Shown piece after piece: positions 12,550 through 24,759 of a stretch of 53,899 nt of DNA. The DNA is from Vicugna vicugna (Eukaryota): the NCBI GenBank assembly GCA_013265495.1, contig MU057444.1:21959-75857 (forward strand), written 5' to 3'. The first letter of the stretch is position 1, and each line of letters starts with the position of its first letter. The notes below the pieces were generated by a model. That model had not been told where the DNA came from and did not search any database. It saw only the letters and a program-made list of their open reading frames with translations. Position numbers and translations under genes: made by a program.

Positions 12550-14219
12550 ATGGCACATGTTTCTTCAGAAATTCAAGATGTGTCTCCTGAATATGGACCA
12601 ACTGGTTCAGGAAACTCCGGTAGATCTCTATTGTGTGATCAAACATTCTCTGGGGACTTGGACTTGAGGTCTATTATTGAAGAAAATGCTTTTCAGACTT
12701 TGTCTGAAGAATCCTTGATAAAAAGACCATGTTCCACACATTGTGTCTCTGAACCAGAGGAATATAATGAATTTCGTTCTCTGACATTTCCAAGAAAACT
12801 CTGGAAAATGGTTGGGAGTAACCAATTTAAATCCATCTGATGGGATGAGAATAGAACTTCCATAGTGATTGATGAAGATGTCTTTAAGAAGGAAGTTTTG
12901 GAAAGAAAGGCCCCTTTCAGAATATTTCAAACTGGAAGTATGAAAAGTTTAGTTAGACAGCTTAACCTTTATGGGTTAAGTAAAGTGCGGCAGAATTTTC
13001 AAAGATCTGTATTTCTAGCAGACTTTCTGGCAGAAGAAAAAGAAGTCTCTGTTTTAAGCAAGGTACTCAGAAACTTTAGTTACCACTTCGTAACTTATAT
13101 ATAAAATTTTATTTTATATATTAATCTATGGTAATATAAATGTAAAGCTAGATTTTGAAAATTGTATAAAATTACTAAGGCTCAAACACTTTATTTATTA
13201 TATAAAATGAGGACAGTGACTTAAGTATTCACATTATAAGAAACTTTGCCTGCAACTATGAATCTTATCAGAAATCTAAATAAAGGTATTAAAGCTGCTT
13301 TTGAAAAGTGGCATTCACCATTACTGCAAATTCTAACTTCTTAAATTGATGATATACTATTTAAATGTGTATTTTCCAAATAAGGAACTTCAAAATACCG
13401 TCAGGAATGTTCATATTTTGATGATATTATCTGTGCATAATAAAAGTGAAATCTGAGGTTTTATAGGTTAGGCTTATTATAGTGTTGTATTTTGGTTTAA
13501 ATTATTACTGAAATCTTTTACTTTGGTTGTAGCTGCAGTTCTATCAATATACAAATATTAAACGTGTCTGTCCCCAGCTTTCAGTGAGAATAAAAGAAGA
13601 GTTGGGATTAAAAATGTCTCTCTGGTATATTCATTAGCTGAAGATTTCAGCAAGAAGCAGTATAAAGGAGTGGGTAATGTGGATAATCATAATTCTGATT
13701 TTGTGGGTGACACTAGAGGAGAAGGCGCATTTTTACCTTCTGTAAATTTAAACATGCCTCTAATAAGAATGCCTTCTACCAGCCACATAATTGGTGATAC
13801 AACTACGCCATTCAGAGGTGATTATTCTCCTCCATCATCAATGTCAGTGAGACCACCAGTACAAATTGCAGTGAATCAAAGGGCTATTTTAAAGAAGTTC
13901 ACCACTGTCCACGGGCACTCTCAAAGAAGCTACACTGAAGCATATAGCCGGGTTGTGAAATTCATTACAACTACAACTTCTACTTCTCAGAACAGCATCT
14001 TGTATCCCATACAGAGGAATTATTTTGGACAGATGTTGGAACCTTCTATTTTTCCAAATAGATATCACAACATATCTGACAATGAAGGTTGTTTTTCTAA
14101 ACTTCAACCAGGGAGCAACCCACAGTTTCCAGTGCCATTGATAGCTGATACATCAGCAAACTCTCTTTCAAAACCAACTCATCAGACATCTTTATGAAAG
14201 TCATCCTAGTCACAACTGA
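12550..14219 (+). pseudogene. HSFY: HSFY pseudogene (exon 1 12550-13062, intron 13063-13532, exon 2 13533-14219)
   Basis: MAHVSSEIQDVSP start and HSF DNA-binding domain (FPRKLWKMV, SLVRQLNLYG), with a GT..AG intron. Lesions: TGG>TGA at codon 97 (12838-12840), a 1-nt deletion in the A-run 13592-13595, and a 5-nt deletion at ~14190 relative to copy B. Confidence 0.96.
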
Positions 14220-14312
14220 TCTACCAGAGGACTACCAGATTATGCAGGATAACAGAGATTAAAATTGACGTTGGAAAATGTCGACAAATATCTGCAATTT
14301 TCTTATTTGAAA

Positions 14313-14318
14313 AATAAA
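14313..14318 (+). terminator. Polyadenylation signal of HSFY copy A
   Basis: AATAAA ~95 nt after the ancestral stop, followed by GT/T-rich sequence. Conserved in copy B. Confidence 0.7.
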
Positions 14319-15629
14319 CATAGGTGTGTACCTGTATTAACCTTATTTTTTTAAATAGTTTTAAGATATAAATGGGAGACTAAGATACAATTTAAACATA
14401 AAAAGTGATACTTGATTGATATGATCATTTGATGGAACAATATGGTAGTTATTTTAAATAATTTCTAGTAAGGAAGAAGAGAAAATGGAAGAAATTGGAG
14501 GAAGACTATAACATGGAGAGAGGGAAAAGTACTAAGTGGTTTCTGGTTCATCCTGGAAAGTATTAAAAGTGTTAATTTAGGATAGGCTGGAACAGGAGAT
14601 AAGTGCAGGAACTGGCCCAGGGATCATGGTCTCTATTATGTCATCCCTGGAATCATAAAGGTCATATGACTTATTCTCAGGTGGCATATACAGCATCTGG
14701 TAGATTTTAAGAAGAAATTTTATCTCTTGTCTTCTTTGTTCTGTTATCAAAGCATTTCAATTGTTGCTTTCATTTCTTGTCCTCAAGGGTCAACACTATA
14801 TTTTCAATCGATACTTTATGTTGCTTTTATGTTACGTCCAAAGACAAGCTTACGTCCTCAGGGTGGCTATTAATGCCTTTCCAAATCTAAGCACACAAAA
14901 TGAACTTACTTTAGTCATTCCTTTATAAATTTGGCATCTGACTACCTTGGCATTTCTTTATGTTTCACTGTAACTGGAGATATATCCAGGGAAACGCTTG
15001 TCAACTATATTAGCTGCAACTTCACCACTTTTGCTCCAGCTCAATCTTGGACTTCGGGTGTCCTCCTTTAACCTACTTAGACTTTCCCAGTCTCAGCACA
15101 GAAACTGCCTCCTTCAGAAGTTTTCTGTCTATCCCCCTTTCCTTGTCTAACTTGGATACCAGCACAGTAAGCACAGCACATGCCACAGGATGCATATTAG
15201 TATTTAGTGAATGAAAAATAGATGTTGACTTTAAGCAAAATCTACTTTCCTGAAACAACAAATCTCTCATGGTTTCCACACTGTTTCGTTATGGTCTTTA
15301 CTCTTCACCAAAAACTAGCTCTTTTCGTAGCCCATGGACTAGTCACTCAAGACAGTAAGTGGAGGTAGGTACAGCAGACAAATTATTATTTTCTTCTTCA
15401 TTCATGCCTCCAGAGGCCTAAAGCATTCCATTTCCATTTCCTGCATTTTTTCCTGACACTTCATCACCCACCCACCCCAAAATAGCTGATTCTCTTCATC
15501 ATAGTAATAACTATACTGACTTCTAATTAATTTACTTCTTAGAATCAGAGCTTTGCCCAGAAGAGACAGTGCTTTTGTAAACATTTAATGTAGGTTTATG
15601 CACCCCACATAACTTTTGCCCCTTCTAAC

Positions 15630-16800
15630 CTTCACACAGGAAGTATCAAAGAGATACTAGACCCTTGGTTGGAGTGGTCGTATTCAGTAACCAAATTGCA
15701 ACCTAAAATGTGTGGAGTAGAAGGAGGCGAGGGTGATGGAATTAAAAATTTGTCCAACTGCATGAGTACCAATTTCTGATGATATTAGGAAATATAAAAT
15801 ATTCATGGAAGACTTCGACTATTTCCAATTAATTTAAAATAAAGGGTGAAGCATTTACAGAATGTGAAATGCAGTGAAATGCTGGAAAAATTGTAGGCAA
15901 TGTCAGGGTGTCTAAGGCTTCTGCGCTTAGTCATGCAGCCAGTGTCAGCTGATAAGACCGGAATGGCAAATTTGTGTCCTGAAAATATGTCACCAGTTGG
16001 GAAGAATGATTTTGATATTCTGGAGAAAGGGCAAATGGGCCAGGGTAAGCTCTTGCAACATCCCACCAATATGTCCTTTACCAAAAGAAGAAAAGAGACT
16101 ACTTGCAGCAGGAGATCTGTGCCTGGACAGCAGTGGTTGTTCCTACAACAGAAACATCAAGGTTTTCTGTTTGTCAGCTCAACACTGATGGTGGCTATGT
16201 TGTTGCTTACATTAGAAGTCTGGGGTTCAGATGAACTGGTTCAGCAGCTAGTCTCCAGCTCTTTTATCAGACAGTGGTCTTACCGTGATCATCTTAACAA
16301 GGTTGTATACTGATAAGTCAAAAGCTACAGTTTACTTTTAAAGTTAGAAATCCTAAAGAAGAATATTGTTGGTTTCTCCATTTCTAGTTTTCTACCTCGG
16401 AAAAGCTAGACTATTGGCAAAAGTAGAAATGTTGTCTGGTGTTTGAAATCTGTCCTCTGAGCTCTGCCCACAGAACTTTTACCACTAAACACTACAAATA
16501 TGTCTACCACTGTGTGTGTGTGTGTGAAGATGGATTGTTAAGCAGTAACTAATATTATCTTTGTTTGTTCATCAGTGAATTACTCTGCAACTGGCAGTAT
16601 TTCTGTGAATTAATAGTTTCATTGAGCCACCTGATTTTCTTCCGATCAGGGAGAGGTACATTATATTTCACCCAGTATACTTATTGTTACCTGTTCATTC
16701 AATTCCGAGCTGATGCTAGGGCCAAGCCACTGAACCCTTGAATTGGACTGAGGCATATACATTCTCCAGTCCCCAGAGCACAGCACAGGACTGTGTCTCC
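15630..16800. mobile_element. Possible ancient MaLR/ERVL-derived remnant
   Basis: GC-richer non-L1 block. 'agtaaccaaattgcaacctaaaatgtgtgg' resembles the start of MLT-type internal sequence. Weak, from memory. Confidence 0.25.
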
Positions 16801-17181
16801 TTTTTAATTTAAGCTTATGTCTAATTTCTTTGTTTTTCTAATTCTCATTGTTGACACAACTTATTTTGGCTTTGATAACCCCTTGACTAATTTATAGAGA
16901 CTGAACCACTGACATTTCCGTTCACCTAGAAATTGCAATAACCTTTCTTTCCTTGGACAACCTGAAATAAAGTGAGCATAGTCGTCATTTTGAAAGCAGT
17001 CCTCAGTCCTAATAATGCAGAGCCTTTGCACTTCTTTGCCCAGCACTTGAGCAAGAATGTTTGTTGTGGATCTCAGGGATTTTCCTCAGATCCCTTAATG
17101 CAACCATGAGAAAACAGCACATTGTTATCCAAAATCAAGTCTTTGTCAGTATTGTATTCCCATTGCAAAACAGTTAAGAAT

Positions 17182-17570
17182 TGTAGGAGTTCTGAGATTT
17201 TACCATGCTGAGATTTTTAGCAACCTGCATGTTCATTTCTTACAGATGCTGTCGGGGAGATGAGGCCATTGGTCAGAGACAGTGAACTTTATCACTCACA
17301 GAAAGAGCAGCCAGTTTTAAATTTGTATCCATTCCCTAATCTCAGATGAATACACTGAGTGAAATTTTGATACCTGCAGAAGCAGTGGGCTGTTAACATG
17401 AAGAAAGATTAAGGCATGATAAAACACTAATTTTATTACTATCTTTTTGTATTATTTATTAGAATCACTTATTAATTAGTATGTTTACTTAGGATAAGTT
17501 TAACATGACTCAAGTTTACTTGCTGCAGAAACAATCATGTGAAATGTCATGGGAATAATTGAATATTGAC
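17182..17570 (-). mobile_element. Ancient ERVL-type solo LTR (LTR40-like)
   Basis: Begins TGTAGGAGTTCTGAGATTTTACC and contains 'ggtcagagacagtgaactttatcactcacag', similar to eutherian ERVL LTRs as recalled. Not database-checked. Confidence 0.45.
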
Positions 17571-17575
17571 TTTCC

Positions 17576-20500
17576 ATTTTTCCTTCCACATCTATTGAGG
17601 TATAATTGGTGCAGAATATTATGTAAGTTTAGGTGCACTGGATAGTGATTTGATTTACAAGTATCATGAAATAAATATCATAGCAATTTTAGGGAGAATT
17701 CATTATCTCAATTAGATAAAATATTAAAGTGATACAATTTGCCTTTTGGTTGTGATGAGAAAACTTATGGTCTACTCCCTTAACAACATTCATATATAAC
17801 ATAAAGCAGTATTAATTGTAATTTTCATGTTACTATGGGGCATCCTTAGGACACATTTATTTTACGGCTGGCGGTCTGTAGCTTTTGAGTGCATTAATCA
17901 AATCCTCCTTTCCCAAACCCTGCCTCTGTTATCTCCCAATCTAATTTGTTTTCTATAAGTATGTTTGTTTTTGAAGTGTACTTTAATCTGTAAACTGTGT
18001 TAGTTCCTCTTACACAATGTACTGTTTGCTATTTTTAGTACATTTCAAACTGATCTCCAGAATATATCTAGTTATGATATGTTGCTATTTAAAGATATTT
18101 CATAGTTATTTACTATTCCCCATACAGCACATTTCTTGCCCGTGACTCATTTAATTTGCAACTGGAAAATTTTCTCTCTTAATATTCGTCAAATATTTCT
18201 TTTTCCTCATATCTTTTCCCTCCTTCTTCTGAACAACCTTTTTCTTTGTATATCTATATCTCATTTTCTGTTGTGTTATGTTAATTTCTTTTAAATTCCA
18301 AATATGAGTAAAATCATACAGCATTTGTCATTCTCTTTCTGACTTATTTCACTTGTCATATTAACCTCTTGGTCTACCCAATTGTTGCAAATGGAGAAAT
18401 TATTCTTTTTATAGCTGAGTTATAACCCATTGTATTTTTACCTGTGTGTGTACATATATGTATAAATATAGATATATCTGTACAATACAAAAATAAAAAA
18501 TATAGATGGGTAGATATATATACTATAAACACACATTTTTTATATATCATCTATTGATGAACAATTAATTTGCTTCTAAACCCTCTCTACTGTAAATAAT
18601 GCTGCAGTGAATATAGGTTTGAATTTATCCATTCTAGTTTGTGTTTTTATTTTCTTGGAATAAGTATCCAGATATGGAAATGTTGGATTATATTTCAATT
18701 TTAATTTTTAGATAAAACTGCATACTGTTTTCCACAGTGCCAGCACAAATTTACATTCACTCCAGCAGTGCATCAGGGTTGTTTTTCTTACATCCTCACC
18801 AATACTTATATTTGTTATCTTTTTGGTAATATTCATTCTGACAGGACTGACATAAAATCTTATTGTGCTTTGGACTTGCATTTTTCTGATGGTTATTGAT
18901 GCTGACCGTTTCCATATGCCTGTTGTTTACCTTTCTCCCACTGTGTATTCATTTTTGTAATAGGCTAAAGGACCATTACTGTCTAATTTCATTTTCAGGC
19001 TTTCTTTGTGTTCCATTATTTTCTTTGTTCTCTGCCACTACCATATTCTTTTTATTACTGTAGCTTTGTATTATAGATTTAAATCAGGGAAAGTGATACA
19101 TCCACTTTGTTCTTTGTCAAATATGTTTGTGTTTATTCTTTGTTTTCTTGTCTTTCTTTTTTTTAGTGATTTCAACCCTTTTGCGTTTACATGTAAATTT
19201 TAGAATTATTTATTTTAAATTCTGAAAATGCCCTTGGTATTTTGATAGGCACTGAATTTAATTAATGTAATTTCTTGGCTAGTCCTGTCATTTAAACAAT
19301 ATTATTTTTCTCATCAATTAACACAGCATATTCTTTCATCTGTTTGCATTATGTTCAATTTTTGTTTTAAATATTTTACAGTTTTTTGTGTATAGTTCTT
19401 TTACTTCTTTGGTTGGATATATTTGTAGATTTTTTTTTTTGTAATGCAACTCTAAATGAGACAGTTCCCTCACTTTCTCTATCTGTTAGCTTGTTGTTAG
19501 TGTGTAGAAATGTAAGTTTCTGTATGTTAATTTCACATTCTGAAATTTTACCAAGTGCACTTATGAGGCATATTAGTTTTCAGGTGCCATCTATAGGATT
19601 TCTGTTTAAAGTATGTCATCTGCAAACAGATACTTTTAGTCCTATTCTTAATTAGCTAATTATATTTCCATTTATTTTGGATAGCTATGGCTAGAATTTT
19701 CAATACTATACTGAATAAAAGTGGTAAGAGTGAGCATTCTTGTCTTCTTCCTGCTCTTACAGGAGATGCTTTCAGCTTTTAATCAGTGAGTGTCATGTTA
19801 GTTGAGTTCTTGTCATATATGACCTTAACTGTGTTGAGGTATGTTTCCTCATGCCCACTTTGAGGAAAAATATAATCTTAAATAGTTAATGAATTGTCAA
19901 AACATTTTATGACTTTATTGATATGACTGTATAACTTTTATTATTTAATTTGTTAGTGTGGTTTATTATATTGATTAATTTGTAGTTAATGAATCACTTT
20001 TGCATCCCTGGATTAAAATTGACTTAATCTTACTATATAATCTTATTAATGTATCTTACACTTTGCTAACATTTCAGTGGTGTTTTTTACATCAATGCTT
20101 ATCAGTAGTATTTAACCTGTAATTTTGAGGTATTTGTTCTAGTTTTAGTAGTAGTGTGATACAGAAATGTGGGGTAGGAAACCTTCTTTCCTCTGAAAAT
20201 TTTTGGAATTCTCTGAGAAGTATACTTGATAGCTCTTCTCTAAATGTTTGGCAGAATTCACCTGTGAAGCTGTCTAGGCCTTGAATTCTGTTTCTTGGGA
20301 GATTTTGCTTAATTGCTTATTCAATTTCATTAGTGGTAATCTGTTCTTTTTTTCTATTTCTCATTCCATCCTGGAGATTATGCTCAGAAATTGTATATTT
20401 CTTCTAGGGTTTCCAATTTATTTACATATAACTTGTTGTATCTTCTAATGATGCTTTGTATTTCTTTGATATAAGCTGTAACTTCTCATTTATTTCTGAG

Positions 20501-20930
20501 CTTATTAATCTGTACCCTTTTTTCTCATGAGTCTGCTTAAAGTTTATCAATTTTATTTATCTTACAAAAGCCATTATTTAGTTTGATTGAATGTTTATAC
20601 TTTTAATCATTATTTTATTTATTTATGTTCTGACCATTCAGCTGTCTTTCCTTCTACTAACAATTTTTTTCTTATTTTGCTATATCTGTTTTTTCTAAGA
20701 TTATATTATAAGAGAGAGATATTTCTTATTTGTATAAGTGTTATTATTTTGCTATAAGCATCCCTATTAATGCTGCTTTTGCTATACACCATGGACTTTG
20801 TTTTTGTTGTCATTTTTCTTTATATATATTTTCTTTGATTTATACAGCAATCCATTGTTTGTTTAATATTGTTTGATTTATCCTCCACATTTTAATATTT
20901 TTCTTAGGGTTTTACATTTAATAAATTCCT
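17576..20930 (-). mobile_element. Old L1 (3'UTR plus internally deleted ORF2)
   Basis: L1M-like 3' end 'tattgaggtataattgg..gtaagtttaggtg', with antisense ORF2 hallmarks through the RT region. Confidence 0.88.
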
Positions 20931-20934
20931 ATTC

Positions 20935-22520
20935 TCACAGAATCCATATATTTCTTCTCAAAACAAGGAGAACAATAATAAAATTTATACAAAAATATGG
21001 AAGACCCAAATTTTCTAAAGTTATCTTTGAAAAATGAACAAAGCAGTGGGTATTATCCTCCCTGAATTTATAAAGAAATGTAAAGCTACAGTAATCAAGA
21101 CATAAAAATATATCACTAAAATAGACACATAGATCAATGGAACAATAAAAAGTCCAAGAATAACCCACACACATCTGGTCAATTAGTCTACAATGAAGGA
21201 GGTAAGAGTATACAATGGAAAAAAGGCAGTCTCTTCAACAAGTAGTCCTGGGAACACTGGACAGAACATGCAAAAGGAAGATGTATGATCACTTCCTTTC
21301 ATAGAATACACAGTAAGAAAAAAATTGATTAATTTCCTAAATGTAAAACCTGAAACTGTAAAATTTCTGACCAGAAACATGAGGAGAACTATCTTTGAGA
21401 TAAATTTTAGAAATATTTATTGGTTATCTGTCTCCTAAGTCAAAAAAAAAGGAAAATTATCAATAATAGTTTTATGTTTATATAGGAAAAATAAGATGTA
21501 CTACGTGATACAGGGATTCTACTTCTTGTATTATTGTGAAGTACAAAGCCTTTTGCAGTGCAAAGGAAACCTTCTACAAGACATATGACAACACACAGAA
21601 TAGAAGGAAAAATTTCAGACAATGAGACTAACAAGGTGTTAATATCCATAGTATATATGTAGCATATTAGACACAATATTTTAAAACATAGGCCCCAACT
21701 TTAAAACACTTTAAAGATCTTCATGGAATCTTTTCAACAAAAGACATGTGGATGATTTTCATTCACATAAAAAGAAACATAACGTTGCTATCCATTAGGA
21801 AATCTTAAATCAAAACCAGACTGAAATATAATCTCACAGCCACCAAAATGGCTATTTAAAAAGGCTTCTAATGACAAACATTAATAAGAATGTCGATAAA
21901 AGGGATCCCAGGTACACTGTTGGGGGAAACGTATATTGATGCATCCACTATTAGAAAAGTGTAAATAGTGCACAGAAAACTAGAAATAGAAGCATCATAT
22001 GTTGCAGCAATTCCAGTTTTTATATAAATCTATAAAAACATGAAACATTAACTTTAAAGGATATATTACCCCCAATGTTTTTAACATCATCATTTAAATT
22101 AGCCAAGGATAAATACACAACTCAAGTGCTCATCAACAGATGAATGGCTGATGTAGAAGTGAGATATAGATAACATAATAAATACTTAGTCATTGTCATA
22201 TCAAAAAATAAAATTCTTCCATTTGGAAAAATGTGACTGGACCCAGAGAGTTTTGTACATATGAGAATAAGTCATACAGCGAAAACACTCTAAGTTATCA
22301 CTTATATGAGGAAACTAAGGATATAAGAGAAATAATCATAAAGAAACAGGAACAGAATCACATATATATGTGTAGTGTAACATGTAGTGATTTCCTTTGG
22401 GGACAGAGAAGAAGGATGGTGAAGACAGAAATATGCAAGTTACCAGTTATAAATTAGAGAAGCAACAGGGCTATATTTACAGCACAGAGAAATATTTTAA
22501 TAATTTAAATGATTTTAAAG
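20935..22520 (+). mobile_element. Old L1 3' fragment (ORF2 C-terminal part plus 3'UTR)
   Basis: 'aaagctacagtaatcaagaca..atagacacatagatcaatggaaca', 'gtacactgttgggggaaacgta', 3'UTR 'ccagttataaatt..acagcacag'. Confidence 0.88.
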
Positions 22521-22804
22521 AGATTATAGACATATCTTTTAGTAAAATGTGCATGTATGTGGGATAAACAATGAAGAAAATAACCCAGGAAATTCAAAAT
22601 ATTTTCTAGTACTATGACATTAAGGGAGGTGATTTGTTCACTTTCTTTACTGTTCTTATAATGTCCCAATTAGAATTTAAGATTTTAAACAAAAAAGTGT
22701 ATACTTTGAAAAAAGTGACATAAGTTTAAACTATTTTAGTCTCTCCCCTTACATCTACAGTCAGTAAAACGTTCACATCTCAGCAAAAAAAAAAAAAAAA
22801 AAAC

Positions 22805-24755
22805 TACAACACAAATCAATACTTCAGAACGCATGTATAAAGCTGAAGGTTGGTGGGCTAAAACACCTAAAATAGGCTCAACTGAGGGAAGAGCAGATTT
22901 GGTGCCTGCAACCAAGACCCACTGACTAGGGTATCAGAGTCCACAGGCTCAGAGAACCCAGTAGAAACAGGGTCTCAGTGGTTAACACAGCTTCGGCCTC
23001 CAACTGCACAAGCACTCATGGTCACATGTAACTAGGAGGGAGCCACAATGGAGACTGAGTTTCCATCCTTCAGACACTCAGACATTCATGACACTGTCCT
23101 AACTCCCCATTCACATTGGTGGAGACAAGTTACCTTGTAAAACTGGACATGGGAAAGGCACTTGCCTGATTCCAAATACCCACCTGTCTTTACACCTTTC
23201 CTCAATGTGTAAACTGAGTCTCAAGGGATATCAGATAAAAGGAAGGGTTTGCCGTCCCAGTGACAACAGTGGCATTAACTACCCGAGAAGTCTAAGAAGT
23301 GACAATGAAAGCACATCTTTTATCCAGACAGTAACGACTGGAAAGTGCCATTTTGAAATATTATCAGAGGTAGCTCAGGTAAGTAAAACCAAAATTTCTG
23401 CAATATTGCAAACTACCAGAAAACAAAAGCAAGGGCTCCAACTCCAAATCTGTTATTTAGTGTCATCAGAGCAATAATTTAACAAGATCAAGACCAATCA
23501 CAGTAACATTGTATTGCATGCACACACACAGTTACACAGACACAGACACCGAAACAGACACAGACACACATGAATATGCACACGCACACACAAAATCAAA
23601 CCTGCAGCAAACAAAATTAAATCATGGTATATTGCCATATAATTAACAGAGAATCCAAATAGGTGTCATAAAGAAACTCAATACAAAAAACAAAACTCAG
23701 ATAGCAGCTTAGTGAGCTTATGAATAAATTAAATGCTGATAAGGAAAACATTACCAAAGAGACTGAAACTAAAAAATAACCAAACGTTATTGGAGGACCA
23801 GATGAACTTTTTAACTAAGATGAAGAATGCAACAGAAAGTATTGGGAGCAGACTGCCTTTGTGGAATAGAGTTTAGCAAACTCACCTATACAAAACTAGG
23901 AATGATAGAGGAGTGCAGAGATACAAGATATTAAAAAGTGAGGAAATTCTACAACAGCAATCAGACTTCTTCAGGAACTGCACTTTAGAGTGAAATCCAG
24001 GAGGAGAAAGAAAATTAGAAGGTAGCTGATGGTTTATTTAAAGATGTAATAGTTGATAACTTCCCGAACCTAAGTAAGGAACTGATAGTCAAGTCCGTGA
24101 GCCAAAAAAACACCAATAAATTTAAGGCAAAGAGACCTCCTTCAAGATACATCATATGCAATTTGGGTAGTCAATGACAGAGTAAAATTTTAAAGGCAGC
24201 CGAAAAATGTTATGATAACCTACAAAGGAACCCCCATTAGACTTTCAGCAGATTTCTCAGCAGAAAACATAGGCCAAGGGTAAATTGAATGGCATTTTCA
24301 AACTACTGAAATAAGAAATCTTTCACCCAAGAATACTCTACCTTGCACAGTTATCACTTAGATATAAAGTGAAAATAAAGACTTTACCAGACAAACAAAA
24401 CCTGAATGAGATGAAAAAAACAAAACTGAGACACCTTACACGGGGTGCAGAAAAGAACTCTTCTAAGAAATATAAAATTGCAAAAATATGCAAAACATTG
24501 GACAAAATGCTAAGCAGACACCACGAGATATTTGCAAAAGTTTCTTTGGGTATGTTCTCAAATGCTTCTATACAATACGGATTAAAGAGAGAAAAATAGG
24601 AAATCGGGGAAATAAATATATATACATCAAACTGGTAACATGATCACAAGAGTAAAGAAATATTCTGAGACAGTAATCATAAAAGGTAAAGAGTAAAAAT
24701 ATATCAATATTTAAGGAAGCTGCTATCAGAGGAAAAAGGACAACATTATACATGA
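22805..24755 (+). mobile_element. Old L1 5' fragment (5'UTR remnant and decayed ORF1 ~23620-24470)
   Basis: ORF1 motifs DNFPNLSKEL, ILKAA, TYKGTPIRLSADFSAE, PRILYLAQLS, KIKTLPDKQNL. Confidence 0.8.
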
Positions 24756-24759
24756 GATG

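Larger units (their letters stand above)
1..19676 (+). repeat. Segmental/tandem amplicon copy A (colinear with 34149-53899; unit period ~34.2 kb)
   Basis: Matching anchors: ATG at 13 = 34161 (offset 34148), HSFY ATG 12550 = 46716 (offset 34166), 19621 = 53842 (offset 34221). The order of L1, LTR, SINE and gene is the same in both copies. Confidence 0.97.

Noticed and set aside
12550..13751. Apparent excess of adjacent double substitutions between copies
   Set aside because: The roughly ten doublets seen in ~94 changes are about what ~10% divergence predicts.
15402..15584. 60-aa antisense ORF open with ATG and stop in both copies (also 49576-49758)
   Set aside because: 16 of 60 residues differ with many radical changes, which looks neutral. 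There is no recognisable domain, and survival of so short an ORF at 10-15% divergence is plausible by chance.
15900..16313. 137-aa plus-strand ORF downstream of HSFY
   Set aside because: Not preserved in copy B (ATG is ACG; indels shift the frame) and there is no recognisable homology.
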